The notes under the pieces: model-generated
The model's input: the letters and a program-made list of their open reading frames with translations, nothing else
The model's database searches: none
What the model was told of the DNA's origin: nothing
Source: Sphingomonadaceae bacterium
GTDB taxonomy: Bacteria > Chloroflexota > UBA6077
NCBI GenBank assembly: GCA_050261575.1
Contig: JBLNDL010000053.1
Coordinates: 1-35,497 of the forward strand
Reading direction: 5' to 3'
Length of the DNA stretch: 35,497 nt
Part shown: piece after piece, positions 18,177 through 27,259 of the stretch
Position numbering within the stretch: position 1 is the stretch's first letter
Layout of the letters: each line of letters begins with the position of its first letter
Program-made: the position numbers and the translations under genes

Positions 18177-18290
18177 CGTGGTGATGCCATTCCGGGGCTT
18201 CCTAGACCGCAAGGGGTCGGGAGGCCTCCTCCGCCGCTCCGGCGACGATGTACTGCACGGATCGTTCCCCTCGCGCCATCCGGCCATCCC

Positions 18291-20096
18291 TTACGGCCCG
18301 ACAAGACCGTTGCTCTGCTTTGCCTGGAGGGCGTCCAGCCTCTGCTGGACCCTGCCCGTGACCTCGATGGTCAGCCCCTGCAGATCGGCGCGGAGCCGGT
18401 CTATTCGTGCTCGCAAACCCTCCCGAACCTCGTTCTGCAACCCCTCCAGGGGAGAACGCAACCGTTGGGATAGCTCCTGCTGCAGCGCGTCGACCTGGGC
18501 CTGCAGCCCCTTCAACTCCCGCTGCCACCGGCTGCTTAGCTCAGCCTGCAGCGCCCAAACGTCGCCCTGCACGCCCTCCAACTGCTCGTGCACCTCTTCG
18601 AGGTGCAGTTGGAGCCGTGACGCCAGCTCGATCTGCACCCCCTCCACATCGGCCTGCAACCTCTCCAATCCCCGCTGGGCTTCGGCCAGCCGGGTCTGGA
18701 TCCGCTCCCGCAGGTCGACGTGGAGCGTGTCCAGGTAGGAAGCGGGATCGGTCACCTGAGCCAACATCGCCTTGGCCCGCTGCAACCCGCGCCTCGGGAT
18801 GCGCCCCTGCCGAATCATCTCCTTCATCTGGGAGAAGCTCATCACCGTCTCGCGATAGAGGTTCGCCATCTGCTCGTAGAAGCGCTCCGGCGGCAGCTTG
18901 GTCGGCAACACGCTGTGGAAGAAGTCGAACTTCTCCCATCCGCCCTTGATCAGGTGCTTGGTCTCCTCGTACAACTGAGTGCCGGGAAGAGGCGTCAGGA
19001 TCGTGAACTGAAGGAATTGGATCCGCTTCCGCTTGACGTACTCGATCAACCCCTCGAAATCCCGCTCCTCCCAATTGGGATTGACCAGGAACGCGCCCCA
19101 GATGTCTATCCCGTTGGCGTGCATGATATCGATGGCCTTGTCGTTGACGGCCACCGAAGCATCCTTCCCCTTGTTGAAGTTGCCAAACTCCTCCTCTCGG
19201 TAGGCCTCCAGCCCCATCAGCACCGTCGACAGCCCCGCGCGCGCCGCCAGCGCGATGCCCTCCGGATCCCTTACCATGGCGTCCGCCCGTCCCTGGATCC
19301 AGAACTTCTTCCGAATGCCGCGCTCAAGCATCATCTGGGCTATCCGTCGGGTCCGTGGCATCGAGGCGAGGAAGTTGTCGTCAACGATGCAGAAGTAGTC
19401 GCAGTCACGGGGAAGTGCGCTCACCTCGTCCAATACCCGCTCAGGCGACTTGAAGCGCACCTTGCCGCCGAAGAAGCGCCAGACCGAGCAGAAGTTGCAC
19501 CGATAGGGACACCCTCTGGTGGTCTCGATGGAGTACACGTTGTCCCAGAAGCGGAAGAAGTAGTCGTCTCGGTACTGCGCGACTAGGTCGCGCCTGGGCA
19601 GCGGCAGCCGATCCAGATCCTTCACCGGCGCGCGAGCGGGAGTGACGCGCAGGCGCCCACCCTCCCGATAGCCGATGCCAGGCACAAGAGAGGGGTCGCC
19701 CCCAGTCTCCATCGTCCGGACCAGCTCGGGGAAGGACACCTCCCCTTCACCGAACACCACGTAATCCACTTCCTCGGCGTCGAACTCCGTGGGGCTCACG
19801 GAGACGTGGTGACCGCCTACCACCACCTTGGCTTCGGGGCGAACACGCCGGACCGTTCGGCAGATCTCTTGGGCATGGGGCACCTCAGCGGTGTAGCTCG
19901 TGGTCCCCACCAGGTCCGGCTGGAAGCTCTCCAGCGCACCCTCCAGGTTGGGATCGCACCGCATATCGAGAATGCGCACCTCGTGATCCGAAACCGAACC
20001 CGCCACCATCTCCAGAGCCAGCGGTTCCGGACGAGCCAGTCGCTTGAAACCGATGCAGGTCTTGTTGGAATCGGGCTGGACCAGCAGTATCCGCAT
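18291..20096 (-). CDS. Cobalamin-dependent (class B) radical SAM enzyme, HpnR/BchE-like, with a C-terminal amphipathic-repeat extension
   Basis: B12-binding N-terminus (EPLALE, VVGGHH, GEGE), TRGCPYRCNFC CxxxCxxC motif, DDNF, LTPLPGT; ATG at 20096 after AAGGGGA. Confidence 0.88.
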   Translation of the reverse strand: MRILLVQPDSNKTCIGFKRLARPEPLALEMVAGSVSDHEVRILDMRCDPNLEGALESFQPDLVGTTSYTAEVPHAQEICRTVRRVRPEAKVVVGGHHVSVSPTEFDAEEVDYVVFGEGEVSFPELVRTMETGGDPSLVPGIGYREGGRLRVTPARAPVKDLDRLPLPRRDLVAQYRDDYFFRFWDNVYSIETTRGCPYRCNFCSVWRFFGGKVRFKSPERVLDEVSALPRDCDYFCIVDDNFLASMPRTRRIAQMMLERGIRKKFWIQGRADAMVRDPEGIALAARAGLSTVLMGLEAYREEEFGNFNKGKDASVAVNDKAIDIMHANGIDIWGAFLVNPNWEERDFEGLIEYVKRKRIQFLQFTILTPLPGTQLYEETKHLIKGGWEKFDFFHSVLPTKLPPERFYEQMANLYRETVMSFSQMKEMIRQGRIPRRGLQRAKAMLAQVTDPASYLDTLHVDLRERIQTRLAEAQRGLERLQADVEGVQIELASRLQLHLEEVHEQLEGVQGDVWALQAELSSRWQRELKGLQAQVDALQQELSQRLRSPLEGLQNEVREGLRARIDRLRADLQGLTIEVTGRVQQRLDALQAKQSNGLVGP

Positions 20097-20315
20097 GCGA
20101 TTCCCCTTTCTAGATGCGGAACAGTGAGTACACCCGCCCCGGCAAGCCGATCCGCCAACCTGACCGCTCATCGAGCACCACAAAGGCTGAAAGTCCTTTG
20201 CGAAGTCACGAATTCGGCAAGGCCACGGCGCCCTTCGACTCGCCCAGACGTAGTAAGCAATGACAGCTTACAGGCTGCTCAGCAGGGAATCAACAAGTGC
20301 AGTACTTCGCTTGGT

Positions 20316-20348
20316 AAGAAAAGGGGGGCGGCCGATGCGCCGCCCCCC
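20316..20348 (-). terminator. Intrinsic terminator
   Basis: 10-bp GC stem (20323-20332 with 20339-20348) followed by TTTTCTT on the minus strand, downstream of the DUF1646-like gene. Confidence 0.6.
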
Positions 20349-20415
20349 AGCAGGGACCGATTCGAGAGAGGGACCGGTCCGGGGTATCCCGGATCGGCGT
20401 CCCGGTTGGTAAGCG

Positions 20416-20489
20416 CTATGCGCGGATCTCCAGTTCACGTCAACCTCTCTGGAGGAAGACGTGTACTCTTCCCACAGACACCGGTTTAG
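20416..20489 (-). mobile_element. 74-bp TIR-bounded dispersed element, copy C (most diverged)
   Basis: Minus strand CTAAACCGGTGTCTGTGG...GTTGACGTGAACTGGAGATCCGCGCATAG; overlaps the TAA stop of the upstream gene. Confidence 0.7.
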
Positions 20490-21565
20490 AGCCCCACCCT
20501 GGGGTTGAAACCGAGCACGAAGATGAGGACGAAGAACACTGCGTTCAGGACCAGCCCCATCGGCACCCCCAGCCTGGCCCACTCGCTGCTGGTGATACCC
20601 AGCTTGCCCGCGGAGATGATGTTGGGGATGTTGCCGGGGATCAGCATGCCGCCGGAAACAAGCAGCCCCATCAGGGCAGCGTTGATCTGATTCTGGCTCA
20701 GCGCCGGCCCGATCTCCGCCGCGGTCAGAGTTGCGTTATCCAGTATGGCGGACACCATGTTGACCCAGTAGAGCACCTCGGCAGGCACCTGGATGAAGTA
20801 CTTCTCGATGATCACCTCCATGCCGGCACCCAGCAGGAAGAGCGCCGCCACGAAGGCGTACACCTTCACGGCCCTCATGAACACATCCTTCACACCGCCC
20901 GCCTCGGCCTCGGCGTCGACCTCCACCTCCCGGCGTACAGCCCGCTTACTCATGTAGAGGACACCGAACAGCCCGCATGCCACCACACCGGGGACGATCA
21001 ACAGCGCCAATTGATCGAAGAGGTACCAGAAGCCGGCGTGGTACGGAGGGCCAGAGAGCTTGGCGACGGCGATGGTGGAGAGGGGCTCCCCCAGAGGGGT
21101 CAGCACGGCACCCAGGCCAATGGAGAAGCACGAGATGATGACGAGGTTGATCTTGTCCCTGCGCTCCAGAGGCAAGAGGTTGACGGACTCCACCAGGAAT
21201 AGCGAGGCGATGATGGCCGTGATGACGCTCGACAGCAGACCCAGCACCACCACGATCCCAAAGATCACCACACTGAGAGGAATGGCCTTGAGCAAGCGGT
21301 ACATTGCGTTCTGGAAGAAGCCCTTGCCGTAGTAGAAAAGGAGTCCCGCCACCAGGACTGCGGGCACGATGCCCTTCACAACCGGCTCCTCGATCGCCGT
21401 CATCACCAACTTGAGGTCCCACTTGCCAGTGACGGTCACGGCGAGGGCTCCCATCACGAACAGGAAGACCTCCAAGTTCTCCTCGACCAGCTTGATCTTG
21501 AAGGGAAAGATAAGCACCACGAGGAAGATCGCAAACAAGGCCAAGTCAACCGGGGTAGGCTGCAT
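20486..21565 (-). CDS. DUF1646-family membrane protein (putative transporter)
   Basis: VEENLEVFLF, GAVLTPLGEPLSTIA, SAILDNATLTAAEI, GGMLIPGNIPNII; many hydrophobic helices. Confidence 0.8.
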   Translation of the reverse strand: MQPTPVDLALFAIFLVVLIFPFKIKLVEENLEVFLFVMGALAVTVTGKWDLKLVMTAIEEPVVKGIVPAVLVAGLLFYYGKGFFQNAMYRLLKAIPLSVVIFGIVVVLGLLSSVITAIIASLFLVESVNLLPLERRDKINLVIISCFSIGLGAVLTPLGEPLSTIAVAKLSGPPYHAGFWYLFDQLALLIVPGVVACGLFGVLYMSKRAVRREVEVDAEAEAGGVKDVFMRAVKVYAFVAALFLLGAGMEVIIEKYFIQVPAEVLYWVNMVSAILDNATLTAAEIGPALSQNQINAALMGLLVSGGMLIPGNIPNIISAGKLGITSSEWARLGVPMGLVLNAVFFVLIFVLGFNPRVGL

Positions 21566-21653
21566 TTCTCGACTACCTCTTCAGTCCTCGAAGATCGGTT
21601 TCGCCCAATTGGCCAGCGATGCTGCGCGCCGCCAAGCACCCACTGACATCTGC

Positions 21654-22367
21654 CTACACGTACGGATAGGCTTCGGGGGGAAGGGATATGCCGGCCGCAG
21701 ACAAATCCTCGGGCTGGCAGGCCGCCATCTCCACCCCCAAGACGCGCGTGAAACTGCGCACGAGCATTGGACGGACCTCCGAGACCGTGACCGGCCGCCC
21801 AAGCAATCGTGCCACCGAGGTCACCCCCCTATCGGTTATGCCACAAGGGTTGATCAGCCGGAAGTGGGAGAGGTTGGGATCCACGTTCAGCGCGAAGCCA
21901 TGAGTTGTAACGCCGCCTGATACGGCCACCCCGATGGCTGCCACCTTCTGGTCGCCCACCCAGACTCCGATGTAATCCGGGTCCTGTCTTCCCTCCAAGC
22001 CGAACTGCCCCAGGAGGTCGATGAGCACTCTCTCCAGGCTGTGCACGTACGAGGAGACACCGAGCCCGAGTCCACGCAGCCCCAGGATGGGGTATCCCAC
22101 CAACTGCCCCGGGCCGTGATATGTCACGTCCCCTCCGCGAGTGCTCTGATGCACCGCCACACCCTCACGCTGAAGCAGCTCCCTCGGCGCGATGATGTTC
22201 ATCTGGTTGGCCTTCCGGCCGAGCGTGATGACGGGCGGATGCTCAAGGAGGATGAGGGTATCGGGGAGCGCACCCTCCTGCCGGGCCGAGGCAATGGCTC
22301 GCTGCAAACGAAACGCCTCGCCGTACTCAACGAGGCCCATCTCGAGAAGAAGACATCGTCTATCCAT
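21654..22367 (-). CDS. lipB: Lipoyl(octanoyl) transferase
   Basis: LLEHPPVITLG, RGGDVTYHGPGQLVGYPI, KVAAIG, HGFALNV, INPCG. Confidence 0.95.
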   Translation of the reverse strand: MDRRCLLLEMGLVEYGEAFRLQRAIASARQEGALPDTLILLEHPPVITLGRKANQMNIIAPRELLQREGVAVHQSTRGGDVTYHGPGQLVGYPILGLRGLGLGVSSYVHSLERVLIDLLGQFGLEGRQDPDYIGVWVGDQKVAAIGVAVSGGVTTHGFALNVDPNLSHFRLINPCGITDRGVTSVARLLGRPVTVSEVRPMLVRSFTRVLGVEMAACQPEDLSAAGISLPPEAYPYV

Positions 22368-22451
22368 GACGTCGACTCACCATCGAGCCATTTCGCGACC
22401 CGCCCCAGGATTGCGCCCGTGCGCGGCTCTCAACAGGAGACACTGGCTGGG

Positions 22452-22501
22452 ATTGTACTCGACGTCCCTCTTTTGTCAACCACCGAGGCGCGATGTATAC
22501 T
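22452..22501. promoter_or_regulatory. Overlapping divergent sigma70 promoters for lipB and moeA
   Basis: + strand TTGTCA(22473)-N17-TATACT(22496); - strand TTGACA(22479)-N16-TACAAT(22457). Confidence 0.6.
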
Positions 22502-22616
22502 TTCGTAACCCGACGCCGGCCATCGACTGTCAGCCCACAGCTCGATGCCGGCTCCTTCGAAGCGTTAGCCAGCGGGTGCTGGACGGATACAGAGGATGTC
22601 ACAGGAGCATCGGCAA

Positions 22617-23846
22617 ATGTTGTTGGACGTTGTAGTCGAGCAGGCGCTCAGCCTGGTCCTGGGCACGGTGTCCCCCCTGGAGAGCGAGACTCGGCCCTTG
22701 CTGGATTGTCTCGGGTACGTGCTCGCCGAGGAGGCGTCTGCCGACATCGACATACCTCCCTTCGACAACTCCGCCATGGACGGCTACGCCGTCATCGCGG
22801 CCGACACGGCCGCCGCCGGCCCCGATAGGCCGATCGTCTTGCGCGTCATCGCAGACCTCCCCGCCGGCTATCCTCCCCCATCGTCGGTTCGGTCGGGGGA
22901 AGCCGTCCGAATCATGACGGGCGCCCCGATGCCCCGAGGCACCGACGCGGTGGTGCGAACGGAGGACGTGGAGCAGGGCGAGGGGACCGTCCGCATCTCC
23001 AGGCCCGTGTCGCCTGGCGACGATCTCAGGAAGGCGGGCGAGGACGTACGGAAAGGCGAGGTGATCTTGCGCCCCGGCACCGTCCTGCGACCAGGGGAGA
23101 TCGGGATGCTGGCGTCCCTGGGCCGAACGCGGGTCCGTGTGATCCGAACCCCACGGGTAGCGGTGCTCACCACCGGTGACGAGCTTGTGGCCCCAGACGA
23201 GCCAGTGACCCCCGGGAAGATCCGAAACAGCAACCTCTACAGCATCTGCGCCCAGGTTAGGGCCTGTGGCGGCGAGCCGGTCCCGCTGGGCGTGGCCCGA
23301 GACACCGCGGGAGAACTCGAGGCGAAGATCCGCGACGGCATCGCGAAGGCGGACATGCTGCTGACGTCCGGCGGGGTGTCGGTGGGCGACTACGACGTCG
23401 TCAAGACCGTCCTGGCGAAGGTGGGAGAGATCCTCTTCTGGCGGGTAAAGATGCGCCCCGGCTCCCCCGTGACCTTCGGGAAGATCGATGGCAAACCCAT
23501 GTTCGGGCTGCCGGGCAACCCCTCCGCGTCGATGGTGGCCTTCGAGCAGTTCGTGCGCCCCGCGATCCTGAAGATGTCCGGCCGCACTCGCCTGCGGCGG
23601 CGCGAGGTCGAGGCCACGGTGCAGGAGACGATCAAGAACAGGGTGGGTGTCCGGAACTTCATTCGCGCCGTCGCCACCGAACGGGATGGCGAGTGGTCGG
23701 TCAGGACCGCGGGAGCCCAGGGATCGGGCATCCTCCGCACCATGGTCCAGGCCAACGCCCTCCTGGTGGTTCCGGAGAACGTCGGAAAGCTCCAACCGGG
23801 AGAGAGGGCAAAGGTCCAACTCCTGGACCTGCCGGAAGTGGAGTAA
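22617..23846 (+). CDS. moeA: Molybdopterin molybdenumtransferase (gephyrin-like)
   Basis: [52 protein letters not shown] before ATG at 22617 (alternative start 22596). Confidence 0.95.
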   Translation: MLLDVVVEQALSLVLGTVSPLESETRPLLDCLGYVLAEEASADIDIPPFDNSAMDGYAVIAADTAAAGPDRPIVLRVIADLPAGYPPPSSVRSGEAVRIMTGAPMPRGTDAVVRTEDVEQGEGTVRISRPVSPGDDLRKAGEDVRKGEVILRPGTVLRPGEIGMLASLGRTRVRVIRTPRVAVLTTGDELVAPDEPVTPGKIRNSNLYSICAQVRACGGEPVPLGVARDTAGELEAKIRDGIAKADMLLTSGGVSVGDYDVVKTVLAKVGEILFWRVKMRPGSPVTFGKIDGKPMFGLPGNPSASMVAFEQFVRPAILKMSGRTRLRRREVEATVQETIKNRVGVRNFIRAVATERDGEWSVRTAGAQGSGILRTMVQANALLVVPENVGKLQPGERAKVQLLDLPEVE

Positions 23847-23868
23847 CGAGTGCCGAGTAATGAGTCAC
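23841..23868 (+). repeat. Degenerate 7-nt tandem repeat
   Basis: GAGTAAC GAGTGCC GAGTAAT GAGTCAC. Confidence 0.6.
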
Positions 23869-23892
23869 TCGGAACCGTTTAAGGAGACCTCG

Positions 23893-24969
23893 TTGAGCGA
23901 ACTGAGCCACTTCGATGCCGACGGTCGGGCGCGTATGGTCGACGTGACCAGTAAGGAGCCCACAGTACGCGAAGCCACTGCGAGGGGCCGCGTGCTGATG
24001 AAGCCGTCCACCCTTGCGATGATCGATGAGGGCCGGATGGCTAAGGGAGACGTCCTGGCGGTTGCGCAGGTCGCGGGCATCATGGCTGCCAAGCGCACCC
24101 CTGACCTCGTGCCCATGTGCCACCCCCTTCCCATTACTGGCGTGGAGATGCAGTTCCAGCTCAACCGCGAGGAGTCCTCGGTGGAGATTGCCGCCACCGT
24201 GCGGCTGGCTGGGAGAACCGGTGTGGAGATGGAGGCGCTCACCGCGGTCTCCGTGGCGGCGCTCACCGTCTACGACATGTGCAAAGCAGTGGATCGGGAG
24301 ATGGTGATCGACAGGGTGCGGCTGGTCCACAAGTCGGGCGGCAAGAGCGGCGATTTCACCCGCCAAGGTGAGGATTCAGGGCTGGGGACTGAGTATCAGC
24401 ACTCGGCACTCGGCGCTGAGAGTCGGCCTCAGCATCCAGGGTGCAGAACTCAGAACCAGGAGCTTGGCATGGGCAGCAAGGGGCGATACGCGATACTGAC
24501 CGTAAGCGATAAGGGCTCGCGAGGCGAGAGGGAGGACAGGGGCGGGCCCGCCATTCGACAGTTCGTGGCCGACCTGGGCGGCGAGGTGGCCGCATACGAG
24601 ATCGTCCCCGACGAGAAATCGTTGATCCAGGCACGCATCGTAGCCTGGGCGGACCAGTTGGGAGTCGACGTGGTGCTGACCACGGGGGGGACCGGGCTGG
24701 CCCCTCGCGACGTGACCCCGACCGCCACCCTCGAGGTCATCGACTACGAGGTCCCGGGAATTGCCGAGGCGATGCGCGCGGAGAGCCTCACGAAGACCCC
24801 TCACGCAATGCTCTCGCGCATGGTCGCCGGAGTGCGAGGCCGAACCCTGGTGATCAACCTACCAGGAAGCCCTCGTGCCGTTCGAGAGTGCCTGGAAGTA
24901 GTCAAACCCGCTCTTCCTCACGCGGTGGCGACCCTTCGGGGGGAAGTAGGCGACCACCCTGGGGCCTGA
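23893..24969 (+). CDS. moaC: Cyclic pyranopterin monophosphate synthase MoaC fused in frame to a MogA/MoaB molybdopterin adenylyltransferase
   Basis: [46 protein letters not shown]; then ILTVSD, TTGGTG..PRDVTP, INLPGSP; TTG start after AAGGAG; the Mog part has its own AGGAG RBS and ATG at 24469. Confidence 0.9.
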   Translation: MSELSHFDADGRARMVDVTSKEPTVREATARGRVLMKPSTLAMIDEGRMAKGDVLAVAQVAGIMAAKRTPDLVPMCHPLPITGVEMQFQLNREESSVEIAATVRLAGRTGVEMEALTAVSVAALTVYDMCKAVDREMVIDRVRLVHKSGGKSGDFTRQGEDSGLGTEYQHSALGAESRPQHPGCRTQNQELGMGSKGRYAILTVSDKGSRGEREDRGGPAIRQFVADLGGEVAAYEIVPDEKSLIQARIVAWADQLGVDVVLTTGGTGLAPRDVTPTATLEVIDYEVPGIAEAMRAESLTKTPHAMLSRMVAGVRGRTLVINLPGSPRAVRECLEVVKPALPHAVATLRGEVGDHPGA

Positions 24970-24973
24970 TCGC

Positions 24974-25348
24974 CTACCTCCCTATGTAGCGTCTGACCGT
25001 ATCCACAAGTTGGTTGATGTCGAAGGGCTTGGGCATGAACCCATCGGCCTTGGCCTCGGTCAGGTCGGGGTTAGGAGCCGCGCTGAACAGCAGCACGGGT
25101 ATCGCAGCAGTATCCGGATCCTCTTTCAGCCTTCGGGATACCTCCCGGCCGTCTAACCCCGGCATCATCACGTCCACCATGGCTAGGTCGGGGCGCTCCT
25201 CCTTGGCCAAGCGGACCGCCTCAGGGCCATCGGGTGCCTGGATGACCTGGAACCCCTCGAGTTCCAAAGCGAAGGCCACCAGCTCGGTGATGGCCTCCTC
25301 GTCATCTGCCACGAGCACCTTCTTGTCGGAACCGTCTCCGGTCGTCAT
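24974..25348 (-). CDS. Single-domain response regulator (CheY-like receiver)
   Basis: VLVADDE, MVDVMMPGLDG, KPFD; ATGA overlap with the upstream gene. Confidence 0.9.
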   Translation of the reverse strand: MTTGDGSDKKVLVADDEEAITELVAFALELEGFQVIQAPDGPEAVRLAKEERPDLAMVDVMMPGLDGREVSRRLKEDPDTAAIPVLLFSAAPNPDLTEAKADGFMPKPFDINQLVDTVRRYIGR

Positions 25349-26793
25349 TGGGCACGCCTCCCCCGCCAATGGCCGATGCCGGTCAGCACTGCCTCGGCGC
25401 TACCAAAGGTGTTGGCCACATGCAACCCCCCTTCCGAGATGGTGAACTCCCGAATGGAGGGGTCGAAGTCGCTGTCGCGGACCTTGAGGATCGAGATCAA
25501 CCGGTGCAGCTCGGACCGGAGCTCCACGTACTGCAGGGTGATGATGTTGTCTATGGCCGGTCCGAGTTGATCGTAGGCCGTGTCCAGGTTGATCGCCGCC
25601 AGTCGCGGCAACTCGTGCGTTACTATGGCCGTGATACCCTTCGCGCGCAGCGCGGCAGCCAGAGCCGCCATGAAAGGCTGCACCCGATCCATGCTCTCCA
25701 GCCCTACCGCTATCCTGTCGATCCCGTCGATGACGAGCCTTTGGGCGCCACTTTTCTCCACCGTTTCCAGCACTTGCCAGGCGATCCTATCAGGAATCAC
25801 CTCCAGGGGAGGCAGCCAGTGGATGTGTTGCGTCCCCTCCTGGACCATCCTTCCGAGTTCCAACCCCAACGACTCAGCTTTACTGATGAGCCGACTGGGC
25901 GCCTCCTCCATACTGAAGTATTCGCCCCTCTCTCCCTGGCTGCCACCCTCGGCGAGGAAGCCCAGAGCGAGCGTCGTCTTGCCGGCGCCGGGAACCCCCG
26001 TGACGAGAGTGACGGACCCGGAGGGAATCCCGCCTCGAACCATCTGGTCCAGCCCGGGCGAGCCGGTCTTCACTCGGGTCCACTGATCCGGAGGTTGACC
26101 CACCCCTTCGGCGCTCAGGGTGGACTCCAGCCTCGGAAAGACCGATACCCCATCCTCGTTGATGACAAAGGCATGGCGGCCGAGCAGATGCCCCGAACCC
26201 CTGAGCTTCATCACCTCGAGGTGCCGCTGCGCCCCATGAGTCTCAGGCTTCATGGTGAGGGTCAGAATCCCCTCGGCAACGGCGAACTCCGGATCCGACG
26301 CCTCTCGTTCGGCCCAAGGCCCCAGGATCAGAGTGGTCGCCCCCAGGGAGCGAAGTTGCGCATTGAAGTCGAAGACGAACCGCCGGAAGTCCAGTGCAGT
26401 CGGCGCTACCGACTTCAACGCCGAGATGCCGTCCAGGCACACCAGCGATGCCTTGTGCTCGAGGGACAGCATCCTGATCTCGTCAAGGACGGCCGGGAGC
26501 CCACCCTCCTCCAGCTTGCTATAGATACTGATGTAGTAGATGCGATGCGCCACCATAGCCGGATCGAAGAAGGTGAAGCCTCTGGCGTGGCCTACCAGCC
26601 GCTCGGCTGTCTCCGACAGCGCGCCGAGGTAGAGCACCCGCCCGCCCGACCTGGCGTGGTGGTAACTGATCTGCTGGGCAAGAGTGGTCTTGCCCGTACC
26701 GGGCAACCCGCCCACGATATGCAGCGCCCGGGGTCTTAGCCCGCCATGGAGCACACGGTCCAGTCCGGGAACCCCAGTGGAAATCGGCTCCAT
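25345..26793 (-). CDS. KaiC-like double-domain RecA-superfamily ATPase
   Basis: STGVPGLD..L.GG, GLPGTGKT, MKLRGS; second domain TGSPGLD, GVPGAGKT, SMEE, LKVRDS; RBS GGGAGG. Confidence 0.9.
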   Translation of the reverse strand: MEPISTGVPGLDRVLHGGLRPRALHIVGGLPGTGKTTLAQQISYHHARSGGRVLYLGALSETAERLVGHARGFTFFDPAMVAHRIYYISIYSKLEEGGLPAVLDEIRMLSLEHKASLVCLDGISALKSVAPTALDFRRFVFDFNAQLRSLGATTLILGPWAEREASDPEFAVAEGILTLTMKPETHGAQRHLEVMKLRGSGHLLGRHAFVINEDGVSVFPRLESTLSAEGVGQPPDQWTRVKTGSPGLDQMVRGGIPSGSVTLVTGVPGAGKTTLALGFLAEGGSQGERGEYFSMEEAPSRLISKAESLGLELGRMVQEGTQHIHWLPPLEVIPDRIAWQVLETVEKSGAQRLVIDGIDRIAVGLESMDRVQPFMAALAAALRAKGITAIVTHELPRLAAINLDTAYDQLGPAIDNIITLQYVELRSELHRLISILKVRDSDFDPSIREFTISEGGLHVANTFGSAEAVLTGIGHWRGRRAQ

Positions 26794-26979
26794 CGGTCCC
26801 TCCCATTCTGAAGAATCCCGCAACCAGCAACCCGCCATCAGCAAGATGCGGACACAGGACATACGTGCCTCGCGCGCCCTTCGCTTCTGCCCCGTGGCCG
26901 TCCATCCGCCGTCACATCTCCACGGGCCGCGGAGTCCCCACCACAGCCGTGGTCGCGCATCTGACAACCATCTTCCTCC

Positions 26980-26995
26980 TGCAAGTCTCGAACCA
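26980..26995 (-). promoter_or_regulatory. Possible sigma54 (-24/-12) promoter for the kaiC-like operon
   Basis: Minus strand TGGTTCG-AGAC-TTGCA (GG-N10-GC). Confidence 0.4.
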
Positions 26996-27185
26996 GCCGG
27001 GATGGTTCCCGCTGCGGTGAGACAGGGTGACGGTAGCGAGGGCGAAGCCCTGTGGGAGTGCGGCGCTGGCGCCGCCTGCCCGAAGGGCGAGGCTCACGGC
27101 GAGACCCCCGAACAGGGGAGCGTGGCCACGAACCATCCGGGTGGGGGTGCAGCAGGAGAGGCGGAAGGAGAGGGACAGCCTGCCT

Positions 27186-27259
27186 CTAAGCAGCCATCTC
27201 TAGTTCATGTCAACTTCTCTGACGGGAAACGCGTACCCTATCTGGAGATACCCGCCTAG
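27186..27259 (-). mobile_element. 74-bp TIR-bounded dispersed element, copy D
   Basis: Minus strand CTAGGCGGGTATCTCCAG...CTAGAGATGGCTGCTTAG; overlaps the MFS gene TAG stop. Confidence 0.75.

Noticed and set aside
15130..27259. Recurring translation HVNFSxGxRVxYLEIPA* at the ends of several ORF-track entries, suggesting a small protein family
   Set aside because: It is the reverse-strand translation of the 74-bp DNA element; there is no shared start, RBS or upstream similarity.
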